NCBI GenBank assembly: GCA_050949045.1 | Contig: JBMNEZ010000001.1 | Location: 1,056,001-1,120,000 of the forward strand | Direction of reading: 5' to 3' | Source: Candidatus Izemoplasmatales bacterium | GTDB lineage: Bacteria; Bacillota_I; Bacilli_A; Izemoplasmatales; Hujiaoplasmataceae | Length of the DNA stretch: 64,000 nt | Shown: positions 15,301 to 25,815 of the stretch, piece by piece | Position numbering within the stretch: the stretch's first letter is position 1 | Layout: each line of letters opens with the position of its first letter | The notes under the pieces: generated by a model | What the model saw: only the letters and a program-made list of their open reading frames with translations | The model's database searches: none | What the model was told of the DNA's origin: nothing | Translations under genes and position numbers: made by a program

Positions 15301-16003
15301 CTTTTTCGGCTGTGTTTTTGAGCAACGGGTGCTCGCCGAACAGTTTGTAGATCTGTTCGTTTTTCGACAAGCCGATCGCCCTGATCAAAATCGAGAGCGG
15401 GATCTTCTTGGAGCGGTCGATTTTCGCGTAGAGTATATCTCGCGAACCGATTTCATACTCAAGCCAAGCGCCTCTGGTCGGAATCACTTGGCCGAGATAC
15501 TTGCGTTGCAGAGTTTTTTTATCGACTTCTTCGCTGAAGAAGACGCCGGCGGAGCGGACAATCTGTGAAACGATAACCCGTTCCGAACCATTGATGATGA
15601 AACTCCCCAAAGGCGTCATCATCGGGATGTCTCCCATGAAGATTTTTTGTTCCTTGATAGTTTCAGCGGCGACTTGGCCAGTTGCTTTGTCGGAGAGTTC
15701 TTTGCTTTTTAACTGAACCCTAACCTTGAGCGGTCTGGAAAAAGTCATATCCTTGTCTTTGCACTCTTGGACTGTGTATTTCGCCGGTTCCAGTTCATAT
15801 TCATTGAAATAGAGTTCGAGACTTTCAGTGAAGTTTTTGATGGGTGAGAGATCCTCAAACAACTCCTTGAGCCCGGTTTCGATGAACCACTGGAATGAAG
15901 ATGTCTGCACCTCGATCAAATTAGGTAGTTCCACATTAGATTTGACACGTGAATAATTTCTTCTTTCCCGGCGCTTACCGTATTTTACGGTCTTGTATTC
16001 CAC
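12380..16003 (-). CDS. rpoB: RNA polymerase beta subunit
   Basis: [20 protein letters not shown] and rifampicin cluster I; GTG start. Confidence 0.99.
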   Translation of the reverse strand: MEYKTVKYGKRRERRNYSRVKSNVELPNLIEVQTSSFQWFIETGLKELFEDLSPIKNFTESLELYFNEYELEPAKYTVQECKDKDMTFSRPLKVRVQLKSKELSDKATGQVAAETIKEQKIFMGDIPMMTPLGSFIINGSERVIVSQIVRSAGVFFSEEVDKKTLQRKYLGQVIPTRGAWLEYEIGSRDILYAKIDRSKKIPLSILIRAIGLSKNEQIYKLFGEHPLLKNTAEKDEIDSSEDAMKEVYAKIRQGETATIEGARSFFVSRLFDEKRYDLAEVGRFKINQKLDVVSRVINLFDNGIDVKLARDLVDNETGEVLLAKGQRLDHEAATFLQNNRKHFTKRVEFDDNLETELEHHLAREARMEAAPENAVEDFIENVIRDVYVEYLDLNVTIDGVQKEVRIIGNNSYENKLHITTSDIIASISYYLNLFDQIGSLDDIDHLGNRRLRLIGELLKNQFRIGLAKLEKNVKDRMSTKEVKELTPQNLVNIRPLTSSLKEFFGSSQLSQFMQQTNPLDELTHKRRLSALGPGGLTRDRAGFEVRDVHQSHYGRICPIETPEGQNIGLINSLACYVRVNKYGFMETPYLKIDKSTHKVTDEIVYLSADEEQKHIIVQGNVKLNDDMTIKEERVVARHLGETKMFDRERCDYMDVSPKQIVSVSTACIPFLEHDDANRALMGANMQRQAIPLLKPEAPYVGTGIELKTAQDSGSAVVAENDGVVEFVDGTKIKIRRSDGEQDTYHLQKFMRSNQGTCSNQTPIVKVGEVVKKDEIIADGPSMDDGELSLGRNVLVAFMTWEGYNYEDAVIMSERLVRDDIYTSIHIEKYELEARDTKLGKEEITREIPNVGEEGRKFLDAQGIIIPGAEVKEGDILVGKVTPKGVTDPTPEDRLLLVIFGEKSREVRDTSLRVPHGGGGIVHSVKVFTREHDELAPGINTVVKVYIVQKRKISEGDKMAGRHGNKGVISKILPCEDMPYLEDGTPIDIMLNPQGVPSRMNIGQVLEIHLGMAAKKLGLHIATPVFDGVEREDLDEIMKEAGMSEDGKYVLYDGRTGERFDNKVAVGIMYMIKLDHMVDDKLHARSVGPYTLVTQQPMGGKAQNGGQRFGEMEVWALEAYGAAYTLQEMLTVKSDDIIGRNKVFRAIVDGNPIPDPSLPESFRVLTRELRSLGIYVELINRDSGTNEVNKSLVDEGVEDYISKYGFQS

Positions 16004-16112
16004 AGGATCACCTCATGATATTAATGTTGTTTTAACCAAAAAATCAACAAATAAGACTGATTAACACAAAAATGCGCATTCTATCGCATTTAAATATTTT
16101 ATCATATGCTTG

Positions 16113-16718
16113 TCAAATCGTCAACGGTTTTTGACACGATATTATGTAATAGCCCGACTTCTTTCGGCGAACCACGACATTTGCGTAAAAAGACTCGAGA
16201 TAGGCAATCGCAGATTTGGCGCCTTGATCCTTTTTCATGACAAAAACCAATTCGCCTCCGTCCTCGAGAAACCTAGCGGAATCATGAAACCACTTATAGA
16301 AGATTTGCTTCCCTGCTCTGATCGGCGGGTTTGTCACAATCAGGGCGTATTTCCCTGAAATATTTTCCATCCCGTCACTTTCTATAATCACAGGAGCGAC
16401 TTTGTTTATCGAGGCATTTATCTGGGCAAGTTCGAGGGCGCGCAGATTAACATCGACCATGGTAACTCGGGCATTCCATCTATCTGCCAGGATAATCCCT
16501 ATCGGTCCGTAACCGCACCCCAGATCGAGGACGGAGTCTTTCATATCGCTGAGAATCGTCTCAAGCAAAAGTCTTGATCCGAAATCGAGCCCTTTTCGGG
16601 AAAAAACTCCGCGATCGGTTACGAAAATAAATTCCTTCCCACCAACAAAACACTTGAACCACTGGCGATTGGATTCAAGTTGATTGTTTTCTCTCGTGAA
16701 ATAGTGTGCCACAGGCAT
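16113..16718 (-). CDS. Class I SAM methyltransferase (YbxB/RsmC-like)
   Basis: VLDLGCGYG and TNPPIRAGK motifs; conserved position between rplL and rpoB. Confidence 0.9.
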   Translation of the reverse strand: MPVAHYFTRENNQLESNRQWFKCFVGGKEFIFVTDRGVFSRKGLDFGSRLLLETILSDMKDSVLDLGCGYGPIGIILADRWNARVTMVDVNLRALELAQINASINKVAPVIIESDGMENISGKYALIVTNPPIRAGKQIFYKWFHDSARFLEDGGELVFVMKKDQGAKSAIAYLESFYANVVVRRKKSGYYIISCQKPLTI

Positions 16719-16736
16719 CCCCTTTCTTAAACGGCT

Positions 16737-16762
16737 AAAAACCTGAGATATCGTCAGGTTTT
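16737..16762 (-). terminator. rplL terminator
   Basis: AAAACCTGA-CGATATC-TCAGGTTTTT. Confidence 0.75.
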
Positions 16763-16777
16763 ATCGTTCAGCGGGGT

Positions 16778-17152
16778 TTATTTAAGTTCGACAGTGGCTC
16801 CTGCTTCGGTCAGTTTCTGAGCCAATTGCTTGGCTTCGTCTTCTTTGAGCTTTTCTTTGATTGCCTTGGGAGCTTCGTCAACGAGTTTCTTTGCTTCGAT
16901 CAGGCCAAGGCCGGTGATTTCGCGAACGACTTTGATAACGGCGACCTTGCTTTGGCCGGCGCTTGTGATGACAAGATCGAATTCTTTCGGACCTTGCTCT
17001 TCTTCCTCAACCGGAGCTTGGGCAGGCGCTGCCGAGACTGCGGATGGATCGATTCCGAATTCCTCTTTCATTGCGTCGATCAGGGCTTTGATCTCCAAAA
17101 TCGTCATTTCTTTCAATGATTCGATAAATTCTTTAGCATTGATTTTTGCCAT
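16778..17152 (-). CDS. rplL: 50S ribosomal protein L7/L12
   Basis: KVAVIKVVREITGLGLIEAKKLV. Confidence 0.98.
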   Translation of the reverse strand: MAKINAKEFIESLKEMTILEIKALIDAMKEEFGIDPSAVSAAPAQAPVEEEEQGPKEFDLVITSAGQSKVAVIKVVREITGLGLIEAKKLVDEAPKAIKEKLKEDEAKQLAQKLTEAGATVELK

Positions 17153-17177
17153 TTTTTTGATTTCCTCCTGGTTTCGA

Positions 17178-17669
17178 TTAAACTTTTTGGCTCAACAGAT
17201 CAAGACTGATTGACAGATCTCTGAGCGGTGCGTAAAGCTGAGTTGCGAGCATCGCGAGCAAGATTTCCTTTGAGGGAAGGACCGCGATTTGTTTGATGAG
17301 GGCGGGGTCGTAATAGTCTCCGTCCACAATTCCCGATTTAATGACCAGTTTCGGGTTCTTTCTGGCGAATTCGTGGAGAATCTTCGCTCCGGCGACGGAA
17401 TCATTGTAAGAGAAGACAATGCCGTTAGGCCCTTTGAGATCGCCGTCGAGCGCTTCAAAGCCGACCATTTTGGCAGCGCGACGGGCGATGTTGTTCTTAA
17501 TGACAACAATTTCGCAACCTTCTTTTTTAAGCATCCGTCTGAGCATTTCCGTTTTCTCGACGGTCAGACCGCGATACTCAGCCAAAACAACGGCCTTTGC
17601 TTTTGCCATCTTTTCTTGAACTTGATTCACGGATTCCTGTTTCGCTTGAATCAAAGTTTCTCTTGACAT
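17178..17669 (-). CDS. rplJ: 50S ribosomal protein L10
   Basis: EYRGLTV, VIKNNI and LPSKE motifs; synteny. Confidence 0.97.
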   Translation of the reverse strand: MSRETLIQAKQESVNQVQEKMAKAKAVVLAEYRGLTVEKTEMLRRMLKKEGCEIVVIKNNIARRAAKMVGFEALDGDLKGPNGIVFSYNDSVAGAKILHEFARKNPKLVIKSGIVDGDYYDPALIKQIAVLPSKEILLAMLATQLYAPLRDLSISLDLLSQKV

Positions 17670-17694
17670 AATATTCCTCCTTGTGGATGTTTTG

Positions 17695-17802
17695 AAAAAG
17701 AATGCCTCTTTTCGCGAGAAAAGAGGCGCATAAAATCTTCTTAGCCTATCTTTGTCTCGGTAGGTTGATTAAGCCCTTAGGCCCCTACTGTCTTGGATAA
17801 AG
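17695..17802 (-). promoter_or_regulatory. L10 leader (autogenous attenuator)
   Basis: AAGACAGTAGG...CCTACCGAG core followed by GCCTCTTTTC-TCGC-GAAAAGAGGC terminator upstream of rplJ. Confidence 0.85.
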
Positions 17803-17818
17803 AATTGCTTATTCTGTT

Positions 17819-18499
17819 TTAGATGGCGATATCAATACCGGGTCCCATTGTCGAGGAGATCGCCGCATTTTTCATGTAGATGCCCTTGACGGTCGATGGC
17901 TTGGCCTTAGTGATGGTATCGATGACCAACTTGATGTTTTCGGCAAGCTTATCAGGCTCGAAGGATACTTTACCGACGACCGCCTGGATGTTGCCGTTCT
18001 TGTCGACCCTGTAAGTGATCTTGCCGCCCTTGGCTTCGGTGACCGCTTTATGGATATCCATAGTCACAGTCCCGGTCTTCGGGTTCGGCATCAACCCTTT
18101 TGGCCCCAATAACCGGCCGATTTTCCCAAGACTCGCCATCATATCCGGGGTAGCAACTACGACATCAAAGTCGAACCAACCTCCCTGGATCTTGGCGATG
18201 AGTTCATCATCACCGACAAAGTCGGCCCCGGCATCGGTAGCCTCCTTGGCCTTTTCGCCCTTGGCGAAGACCAGTACGCGTTTCTCCTTGCCGGTCCCAT
18301 GGGGCAATACCAGCGCCCCGCGCAAGTTCTGTTCGGCTTTGCGGGGATCAAGATTCAGATTGAGTGCGAGTTCGACAGTGGCATCGAACTTCTCGAAAGC
18401 AATCTTCTTGACTAGTTCCACACCCTCGAGAAGGGGGTATTTCTTGCCCGGTTCGATTTTCGACAGGGCTTCTGTGTATTTTCTACCTTTTTTTGCCAT
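17819..18499 (-). CDS. rplA: 50S ribosomal protein L1
   Basis: [22 protein letters not shown]. Confidence 0.99.
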   Translation of the reverse strand: MAKKGRKYTEALSKIEPGKKYPLLEGVELVKKIAFEKFDATVELALNLNLDPRKAEQNLRGALVLPHGTGKEKRVLVFAKGEKAKEATDAGADFVGDDELIAKIQGGWFDFDVVVATPDMMASLGKIGRLLGPKGLMPNPKTGTVTMDIHKAVTEAKGGKITYRVDKNGNIQAVVGKVSFEPDKLAENIKLVIDTITKAKPSTVKGIYMKNAAISSTMGPGIDIAI

Positions 18500-18518
18500 T
18501 TTGGTTCTTCCTCCTATA

Positions 18519-18547
18519 TTTGGTTATAGCGGAAATGTCCTCCCATA
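18519..18547 (-). promoter_or_regulatory. L1-binding leader motif before rplA
   Basis: TGGGAG-GGA..TCC-GCTATAACCA, mimic of the L1 rRNA binding site. Confidence 0.55.
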
Positions 18548-18570
18548 TATAGCTGTGTACCGCTTTGGTA

Positions 18571-18996
18571 TCAATCAACTACAACAATTCCCATGTTCTT
18601 TGCGGTTCCTTCAATGATCCTTGAAGCCGCTTCGACATCGTTGGCGTTGAGATCAGGCAATTTGATCGTCGCAATTTCCCGAAGTTGAGCTTTGGTGATG
18701 GTCGCCACGGATTCTTTCTTGGAATTGCTGGCACCTTTTTGGATCTTGCAGGCCTTCTTCAACAGATCACTGGCGGGCGGAGTTTTAGTGATAAATGTGA
18801 AACTCCTATCGTCATAAACCGTGATGACAACCGGAATGATGTTGCCGACCTGGTCTTTAGTCCGTTCGTTAAATTGAACGCAGAATTGCTGGATGTTGAC
18901 ACTTGCCTGTCCGAGTGCAGGACCGATCGGGGGTGCGGGTGTTGCCTTTCCGCCCGGGATCTGCAATTTGACGACTGTCTTGATTTCTTTAGCCAC
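18571..18996 (-). CDS. rplK: 50S ribosomal protein L11
   Basis: [16 protein letters not shown] start after GGAGGTG. Confidence 0.98.
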   Translation of the reverse strand: MAKEIKTVVKLQIPGGKATPAPPIGPALGQASVNIQQFCVQFNERTKDQVGNIIPVVITVYDDRSFTFITKTPPASDLLKKACKIQKGASNSKKESVATITKAQLREIATIKLPDLNANDVEAASRIIEGTAKNMGIVVVD

Positions 18997-19022
18997 GAAA
19001 GACACCTCCTGAATTTCGTGAT

Positions 19023-19050
19023 GTGGTAAAAGGGCAATCAGCCCTCCCAC
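19023..19050 (-). promoter_or_regulatory. L1-binding leader motif before rplK
   Basis: GTGGGAG-GGC..GCCC-TTTTACCAC. Confidence 0.65.
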
Positions 19051-19079
19051 GCAATGGTGCTTAATGCGCACGCTGAGAT

Positions 19080-19109
19080 ATTATACAATATCGCACTTGA
19101 CTGTGTCAA
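19080..19109 (-). promoter_or_regulatory. rplK promoter
   Basis: TTGACA-18 nt-TATAAT. Confidence 0.7.
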
Positions 19110-19144
19110 GGATAATTTCTTGTCACGGACAAGATAATCCAAGG

Positions 19145-21601
19145 TTACACATCATACTGGGTAGTAATTTCTGCAGGGGTCTTTCTGAGAAGGCTGAAGA
19201 CCGGAATCATGCCGAACAGAGAGTTGAGCGCGAAGATGCCTAGCAGGCCGGCGAGGAAGTAATGGAAGGGAAAATAGAACTCCCCGACGGCCAGAGGGTT
19301 GTACTTTTGGAACTGCATGATCAGAATCGTCATCAACGTATAGCCGGTGAAAGAACCAACAACCGTATAAGCGATTATTTCCGACCAGAAAATCTTGTGA
19401 ATATCCTTCTTGGTCGCACCAATCGAACGGTAGATCCCGACTTCTTTGACTCTTCCCAAAAGGCTTGAACGCATCGTCAGAATCAAATAAATGATTGAAC
19501 CAAGCATGGCGATGCCGATAAAACGGATTTTTGAGGCAATTTCGGATAAACGGGCTGACCGGAAGTTGTCCTTTAAAAGAGCGTATGCCGGTTCCGCTTC
19601 ATAGCCCAAAGTTGTTAACTGCTCGGCCGCATAAACGGGATCATCGGCGTGAAAGTAGATGTAGTAGTCAACCTGATACCACCAATAGTAAGCGGAATCC
19701 GCCGCTTGCTGAACCACCTTCTTGATTAGCAATCGTTCCATTTGTTCCGTTTCGATAATGTTAGTTGTTAAAGTATCGGAAATGTATTTGCCGCAAATTG
19801 TGAAGGTTTCTCCCTGAATCAGGAAAGTATCGCCAATCTCAAGGTCAGATGCTGAAAGGACCAATACATCGTGTGTATTAGCGATGTCTTTCCCCTCGAC
19901 AATTGTATAGTCACCTTGAGCGGTCGCTTTCGCTGTAATCGTATTCAATTCATAAAAGTTGTTAAAAAACGAGAAATTACCGTCAGAGACGATCATGATC
20001 GGCGAATCGGTATCGACGATGCCGACGACTTCTAATTTTATCTTTTGGGGAATATAGTTGTTGCTGATGAATTTTCCCAAGAGATCCTGATAATTCAAAG
20101 CCCCCAGATTGATAACTTCCTGAGTCTCAAGGATATCGTCGGCTATCCATTTATCAATGGCGATCTCGCGGTTGTTGGCCGGCAGTCTTCCAAGGACGAT
20201 CTTGGAATTGCCGGCATCTGCGAGGGAAACGGGATACCCAAAAACAGATTTCGAAGCATACCAGCGCATCGTGGAAATGTCGCCTTGATAGAAATCGCTG
20301 TACCGGAATTTAATGCTAAGATCCGTCGAGAGCGGATTGACAGAATTCACATGTCCGCTCGCGATAATGGCATCGATATCGGCAATCGAGGCTTTGTCAT
20401 CAAGTTTGACGGCGACCGAATCGCGTGACACCGTCAAGAAATCCCGGTCAACAAATCCGACCAAGTTCGTGATCGTCGCCAAATTATAAGCTATCAACGC
20501 CGAGATGAGAACATAGGCAAACAAAAAAACTTTGCCGATAAATTTCTTTTTTCGGAATACTTTCTTGAATCCCGACTTGAGGGTATCGCGAAAACGGATA
20601 AAAGAAGTCCTGGCCTTGTCTGCCACAATCACTCCGAACTTGCTAAGATCGAACTTGTGTTTGCTGGCATCACTCGTTTCGGCTTTCTTATAATGTTCAT
20701 TCAAAAGTCTGATTTCCGAATCTTCCGTCACGTACTTAATTTTTGCGGTGCTGTCCGCTTTGACATAGACAGTATTGTTTACAGAGACTACTTGAACTTT
20801 TGGGGGACTTATTGTTTCATCATAGTAGTAATCCACTTCAATCGGTACGGCCCCTGATTCCTTTTTCAAGTCCAACAAGTAGATGTTTCGCGAATCAATG
20901 CGGTCGATAGTGCGATTGCCTTCGTTTTGGTAATCATTGACAATCATTCCGTCTCTGATCTCGATGACCCTGTCTGCGTAAAAATCAACCAGTTTTTTCT
21001 CGTGGCTGACCAAAATAACGAGGCAAGTCTCGCTGATTTTCTTGATAATGCTCATGATTTCAAACGTATTGTTGGCGTCGAGATTCCCCGTCGGTTCGTC
21101 TGCCAGTACGACCATCGGGTTCTTGGCAATCGCCCTGGCGATGGCCACGCGCTGTTGCTGGCCTCCGGAAAGGGCTTGAACGTTGCGGCGCCGGTAATTG
21201 TACATTCCGACGCTTTCAAGAACATAGTTGATCCGTTCTTCGATTTTTTCCTTGTCATAGAGACCGGCAATATTGAGCGATGTTTCTATGTTTTCATAGA
21301 CGGTCTTATCGGAAAGAAGATAGTAGTTTTGAAAAATATAGCCGACGTACTTGTTTCTGATAATATCCCATTTGAGAGGATCATACTTGTTGATGATGTT
21401 CCCGTCAAAATCGATCTCGCCACTATGGAATTTGTCAAGGCCGCCGATCACATTGAGCAAAGTCGTCTTGCCGCAACCTGAGGGCCCGGTCAAAGCAACT
21501 AATCCGGTTTCGGGAAAGGTGATCGATGTGTTGTTGATCACATGAATCTCGTTTTGTTTGCCTTTGTTGAAATATTTGTTGATTTTGCTGATTTTAATCA
21601 T
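19145..21601 (-). CDS. MacB/FtsX-family ABC transporter, fused ATPase-permease
   Basis: [42 protein letters not shown]; one TM, large ectodomain, then three C-terminal TMs. Confidence 0.9.
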   Translation of the reverse strand: MIKISKINKYFNKGKQNEIHVINNTSITFPETGLVALTGPSGCGKTTLLNVIGGLDKFHSGEIDFDGNIINKYDPLKWDIIRNKYVGYIFQNYYLLSDKTVYENIETSLNIAGLYDKEKIEERINYVLESVGMYNYRRRNVQALSGGQQQRVAIARAIAKNPMVVLADEPTGNLDANNTFEIMSIIKKISETCLVILVSHEKKLVDFYADRVIEIRDGMIVNDYQNEGNRTIDRIDSRNIYLLDLKKESGAVPIEVDYYYDETISPPKVQVVSVNNTVYVKADSTAKIKYVTEDSEIRLLNEHYKKAETSDASKHKFDLSKFGVIVADKARTSFIRFRDTLKSGFKKVFRKKKFIGKVFLFAYVLISALIAYNLATITNLVGFVDRDFLTVSRDSVAVKLDDKASIADIDAIIASGHVNSVNPLSTDLSIKFRYSDFYQGDISTMRWYASKSVFGYPVSLADAGNSKIVLGRLPANNREIAIDKWIADDILETQEVINLGALNYQDLLGKFISNNYIPQKIKLEVVGIVDTDSPIMIVSDGNFSFFNNFYELNTITAKATAQGDYTIVEGKDIANTHDVLVLSASDLEIGDTFLIQGETFTICGKYISDTLTTNIIETEQMERLLIKKVVQQAADSAYYWWYQVDYYIYFHADDPVYAAEQLTTLGYEAEPAYALLKDNFRSARLSEIASKIRFIGIAMLGSIIYLILTMRSSLLGRVKEVGIYRSIGATKKDIHKIFWSEIIAYTVVGSFTGYTLMTILIMQFQKYNPLAVGEFYFPFHYFLAGLLGIFALNSLFGMIPVFSLLRKTPAEITTQYDV

Positions 21602-21613
21602 CGAAACCACCCC

Positions 21614-23911
21614 CTATTCCAACTTCAGGGCCGTCTGGACGGTGTCCTGGAACACCCTCCGGCAATACCTACCTGAAATTAAAACGGCCATCAGAATGAC
21701 GATTCCAAAGAAAACAAGATAGTTTTCAAAGGTGAACACCTTCAAACCGTAAAGAGGGCTGTATCTATCGATTATTGAGATGTTTTTAATAACGATCGAA
21801 AGACCGACAAACAGCACATAACTGAAGCTGACGGTGATAATGTTTTCAAAGTAAATGAGCAATTGAATCATATTCTGGTTTGCTCCAACGGTTCTGAAGA
21901 TGGCATAATCACGCAGTTTGGTGTTGATTACAAGGCGGAAAATCAAATAACTGAGCAAGGTCGCGCCAAGAATCGTCACAACAAGAAGAACCAGTGTCCC
22001 CAGAGTTTCAAAAAAAGCCAGCGCCTGCATCAATTGATCGGTCGACTTGATTGTTTTGGGATAAATCACTTTGTATTTGGCGACGCCGCCTTCTTTGATT
22101 GACAAGATATTGTTGATGAGCCGACCAACATTGACATCGGTGTTGCTGATCACACTCAGTTGATAGACGTCATCATAGAAAATCTGATTGTATATTTCCT
22201 CGCTGACATGTATCTCGTCGCTGCTGATCCCTATGTCAAAAATCACCTCAATATTGGAAAAAGTATTAGTTACATAAGCATCTTCGATATAAAGACGGCC
22301 GTCAGTCACCGTGCACTCGCCGGCATCATAACCACAAAAATAGTACTCATATCGTGTCTTATTGAGTTTGACTTGATCAGCGTCAAGATCGGTGTCAAGA
22401 ACAAAATGTGCCGTTCCATAGCCAAAATTGTCGATAAGCCATTCGCTATAAATTTCTTTTCCGGCATTATCGGCTGAAACAAACGAAGCATCGGCGATGA
22501 AAATGTGGTAAAAAGCTTGCGCGCTTCGCTTATATTCAGCTTCGCTAACTGCTAAATAGTAACCATTATCCATGAAAACATCCTCGGCCTTGACCAATCC
22601 GGTAATTTTGTAGTTAGCTTCATAGATGCAGTTCAAATCGCTGGGACAGACATATTCGTACCATTCGTCAAGATAGAACTGCTGAAATTCTGTTGATTCG
22701 GTTTCCGCTTTGGGAAGCACAATAACAACCTCATCATCGGCTGATGGCCATTCACCAGCCCAAAGATCGCTTTCATCAAGCACAGAAAGAGGCAGAAATT
22801 TGATTTCGTAAACCGACATAGCATTATTATGAAGATCTTCAAAAACCTCTTGAGACCTGATGTAAAACCTGATATCCATGACATAATCCCTTTCCACAAG
22901 TGTTTGAACTTGGGAAAGGCCTTCGAGTTCAAGCAGTTCCGTGGCTGTGAAAGCTGTTTTGTCAGTTTTTCGCACAATCATTCTTGAAATACTCTTGTTT
23001 CTAAAAAAAACTTGGGTATAGTCGTCGGTGTATCCCGACTGCCCTGTCACTTGAAGATTGTATAACCCGTAGACCAGTGAAACCAAAAATGCAAAAGCAA
23101 AAAAGACAAAAACCATGAGAATGGTTTTTTTGGGAGCCGCAAACAAAGTTTTGAACGCCATTTTGATGTGTTCGCTCAATTTGATTTTCCGAGCCTCATC
23201 AGGGATCTCGGGAAGATCGGCAATTTCAGTTTTCCTTAGTTTTTGATCTTCAACGATCTCGCCATCATAGATCCTGATTTTTCTCGTGGCATATTCTTGG
23301 ACCTGGCTGAAATCATGGGTGACGACGATAACTAGTTTATCCTTTGAAATCTCGTGGAGGAGACGCCAAATTTGTTTGGCTGATTCCGAATCAAGATTGC
23401 CTGTCGGTTCGTCAGCGGCGATAATCGGACAATCCTTGGCAAGAGCCCGAGCGATGACCACTCGTTGTTTCTGTCCGCCCGACAGTTTGGTAGCCTTATG
23501 GTTGATGTGACTCTCGAGGCCGACTTTCTTGATGATTTCATAGGCTCTCGCTCTCGCTTCTTTGGCTGAGTATCCGGCAAGAAGCATTGGCAGTTCGACG
23601 TTTTGTCTAACGGTGAAAGAATCGACGAGGTTATAGTTTTGAAAGACGAATGCGACGTACTTTTTTCGGTAATTTTCGAGGTCGGAGGTTGAATAGTACG
23701 ATGTTTCTTGGTCATTCAAGTACATCTCGCCTTCCTCATAGGAATCAATTCCCGAGATGACGTTCAAAAGGGTCGTCTTGCCCGATCCGGATTCGCCTAT
23801 GACAGCGACAAATTCATTAACATGAAGCTCCAGATTGGCTTTTCTCAGTCCCAGTGCGATGGCGCCGTTACTGGAATAATACTTGGATACATTGACAAGC
23901 TTGATCATCAA
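21614..23911 (-). CDS. MacB/FtsX-family ABC transporter, fused ATPase-permease
   Basis: [37 protein letters not shown]. Confidence 0.9.
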   Translation of the reverse strand: MMIKLVNVSKYYSSNGAIALGLRKANLELHVNEFVAVIGESGSGKTTLLNVISGIDSYEEGEMYLNDQETSYYSTSDLENYRKKYVAFVFQNYNLVDSFTVRQNVELPMLLAGYSAKEARARAYEIIKKVGLESHINHKATKLSGGQKQRVVIARALAKDCPIIAADEPTGNLDSESAKQIWRLLHEISKDKLVIVVTHDFSQVQEYATRKIRIYDGEIVEDQKLRKTEIADLPEIPDEARKIKLSEHIKMAFKTLFAAPKKTILMVFVFFAFAFLVSLVYGLYNLQVTGQSGYTDDYTQVFFRNKSISRMIVRKTDKTAFTATELLELEGLSQVQTLVERDYVMDIRFYIRSQEVFEDLHNNAMSVYEIKFLPLSVLDESDLWAGEWPSADDEVVIVLPKAETESTEFQQFYLDEWYEYVCPSDLNCIYEANYKITGLVKAEDVFMDNGYYLAVSEAEYKRSAQAFYHIFIADASFVSADNAGKEIYSEWLIDNFGYGTAHFVLDTDLDADQVKLNKTRYEYYFCGYDAGECTVTDGRLYIEDAYVTNTFSNIEVIFDIGISSDEIHVSEEIYNQIFYDDVYQLSVISNTDVNVGRLINNILSIKEGGVAKYKVIYPKTIKSTDQLMQALAFFETLGTLVLLVVTILGATLLSYLIFRLVINTKLRDYAIFRTVGANQNMIQLLIYFENIITVSFSYVLFVGLSIVIKNISIIDRYSPLYGLKVFTFENYLVFFGIVILMAVLISGRYCRRVFQDTVQTALKLE

Positions 23912-23982
23912 ATCACCTCGCGGACAGTATTATATCACGAAAAAAGCAATAATTAAATTGCCGATATACCAAACAAACAATT

Positions 23983-24007
23983 AAAAAAACCATTTTCATG
24001 GTTTTTT
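23983..24007 (-). terminator. nusG terminator
   Basis: AAAAAACCATG-AAA-ATGGTTTTTTT. Confidence 0.7.
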
Positions 24008-24008
24008 A

Positions 24009-24551
24009 CTACAATACTTCAATTTCCGCAAAATCGAGTTCGATTGGCGTCTTTCTTCCAAACATGTCGACGAGAACAACAAGTTTGCCTTTTTCATCAT
24101 CGATTGTATCGATAATGCCGATCTGTCCGGCAAAAGGACCATTGACTACTTTAACGCTCTGCCCGGGTTTGGCATTGAGTTTCTGGACTTGCAGAAGCCC
24201 GCATTTTTTGAGGATCGGATTGATTTCGTCGGGAAGGAGAGGAATCGGCTTGGTGCCGCCACCGCTACTGCCGAGAAAGCCGGTCACTCCGGGAGTGTTG
24301 CGGACAACAAACCAAGAATCGTCAGTAACGATCATTTCGATGAAGACATATCCTGGGAACATCTTCACGATCTTTTCTTTTAAAGAACCATCGGGTTTTT
24401 TCTCGGTTCTCAATTCCTCGGGAATCATAACCTGAAAAATCAGGTTTTCCATCTGCATCGTCTCAATCCGCCTAAGAAGATTCTCTTTGACCGAATCCTC
24501 ATAACCCGAATAGGTTTGGACGATGTACCAAAGTCGTTTATTGTTCATCAT
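24009..24551 (-). CDS. nusG: Transcription elongation factor NusG
   Basis: WYIVQTYSGYE, FPGYVFIEM, KOW motif GPFAG. Confidence 0.98.
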   Translation of the reverse strand: MMNNKRLWYIVQTYSGYEDSVKENLLRRIETMQMENLIFQVMIPEELRTEKKPDGSLKEKIVKMFPGYVFIEMIVTDDSWFVVRNTPGVTGFLGSSGGGTKPIPLLPDEINPILKKCGLLQVQKLNAKPGQSVKVVNGPFAGQIGIIDTIDDEKGKLVVLVDMFGRKTPIELDFAEIEVL

Positions 24552-24560
24552 GTCGTCTTT

Positions 24561-25046
24561 CTAGAGTGAAAGCAGCCACTTGAACAACGGATCAAGCGCC
24601 AACCCATAGAGAGTGAACATCAACATCAGGAAAAGCAGAAACCCAAAAACTCTGGCGGTGTCAATGGCCAAGACCTTGGCTGTCGGCCAGGTGACTTTCT
24701 TCATTTCAGCAACGCTCGGACGAAGAACTGGTATCGCCAAGTATATAATAACGAGGGTGCCGACCAAGATCAGAAACGATCCGGTCAAAATTCTTTTCAA
24801 ATCGGTGTTGAAGAAAAAGTCGATGAAATTGATGCCGCTTTCACCGAGACTGAGAGTGAGGTCGCCAAACTTGCCCATCACGATATAGACACCATTGGCA
24901 ATCAAAATCGGTGAGATAATCGCGAGCAACCAGTTTTCAAAAGCATATTCTTTTTTGAGAATCTCCATGATCTTACTCGTTTTTTTCTCGACTTTTGGCG
25001 CTTGTTTGACTAGTTTGGCTTTCTTTTCCTTTTTTTCTTCAGCCAT
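24561..25046 (-). CDS. secE: Preprotein translocase SecE (long, about 3 TM)
   Basis: EMKKVTWP motif; rpmG-secE-nusG synteny. Confidence 0.9.
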   Translation of the reverse strand: MAEEKKEKKAKLVKQAPKVEKKTSKIMEILKKEYAFENWLLAIISPILIANGVYIVMGKFGDLTLSLGESGINFIDFFFNTDLKRILTGSFLILVGTLVIIYLAIPVLRPSVAEMKKVTWPTAKVLAIDTARVFGFLLFLMLMFTLYGLALDPLFKWLLSL

Positions 25047-25056
25047 GGTGTTCCTC

Positions 25057-25203
25057 CTACTTGCCTTCCTTGTGGAGTGTGTGCTTCATGCATTTTTTGC
25101 AATACTTGGTAATTGTGAACCGGGAATCGCCTTTGGTTGATCTCCTGATTTCATAGTTTCGTGAATGGCATTCCTGGCAGATGAGAACAGCTTTGTCTTT
25201 CAT
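25057..25203 (-). CDS. rpmG: 50S ribosomal protein L33 (Zn-binding type)
   Basis: Manual translation MKDKAVLICQECHSRNYEIRRSTKGDSRFTITKYCKKCMKHTLHKEGK. Confidence 0.93.
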   Translation of the reverse strand: MKDKAVLICQECHSRNYEIRRSTKGDSRFTITKYCKKCMKHTLHKEGK

Positions 25204-25272
25204 GATAACGATTAATCATCTCGCTTGCTTCAATAACTTTATCAAATAACGGCTTGATTGTCAAGATAATCA

Positions 25273-25812
25273 TCAAGGCAAATGCAATTTGAGTTTGTGG
25301 CGGATTCGATCAATGGCATTATAGACTTTTTTGATAGGGCAGCCAATGTTAGCGGCGATTTTCGAAGGAGTCATATCTTCCTGAAATCGCAGTTTAAAGA
25401 CAGAAGCCTCAAACGCAGATAGTTCCTTGAAGACGTTTTTGATATCTTTGTCCGAATAGATTGGTCCTGGCGCTTCATTCAAAGTGTCTTCGACGAGGAT
25501 TCGGCTTTTGGTGGCCAGAAATTTGCCATAACTTTTCCTTTTGCGGATAACCGAGATCAAACGATTTTCCAAATTGCGTTCAAAATACCTAGTGAATGAC
25601 TTGGCATAACGCTCGTCAAAGCGAAGCGCCGACTTATATAGAACCAGCAAGGCTTCCTGATGACAATCATCGAATTCGGAAACCAGGTTGAATTTTTTGA
25701 TTTTTTTCGCAATCAGGAAATTGTACTTCGCGATCATCAATGCAAATGCTTCTTCGCTTCCCTGTTTGATCAAGCTGATGATCTCGAAATCGTTGTGATC
25801 GCGAAAATTCAA
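25273..25812 (-). CDS. Alternative sigma-70 factor, SigH/ComX-like
   Basis: Region 2 (DDCHQEALLVLYKSALRFD..SFTRY) and region 4 (LSAFE...IAANIGCPIKKVYNAIDRIRHKL); occupies the sigH syntenic position. Confidence 0.85.
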   Translation of the reverse strand: MNFRDHNDFEIISLIKQGSEEAFALMIAKYNFLIAKKIKKFNLVSEFDDCHQEALLVLYKSALRFDERYAKSFTRYFERNLENRLISVIRKRKSYGKFLATKSRILVEDTLNEAPGPIYSDKDIKNVFKELSAFEASVFKLRFQEDMTPSKIAANIGCPIKKVYNAIDRIRHKLKLHLP

Positions 25813-25815
25813 GGC

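Noticed and set aside
19096..19110. CTTGAC-TGT-GTCAAG palindrome over the rplK -35, similar to CTTGA-TTG-TCAAG at 25253-25265
   Set aside because: Spacing differs between the two and half of each is just the -35 hexamer; insufficient evidence for an operator
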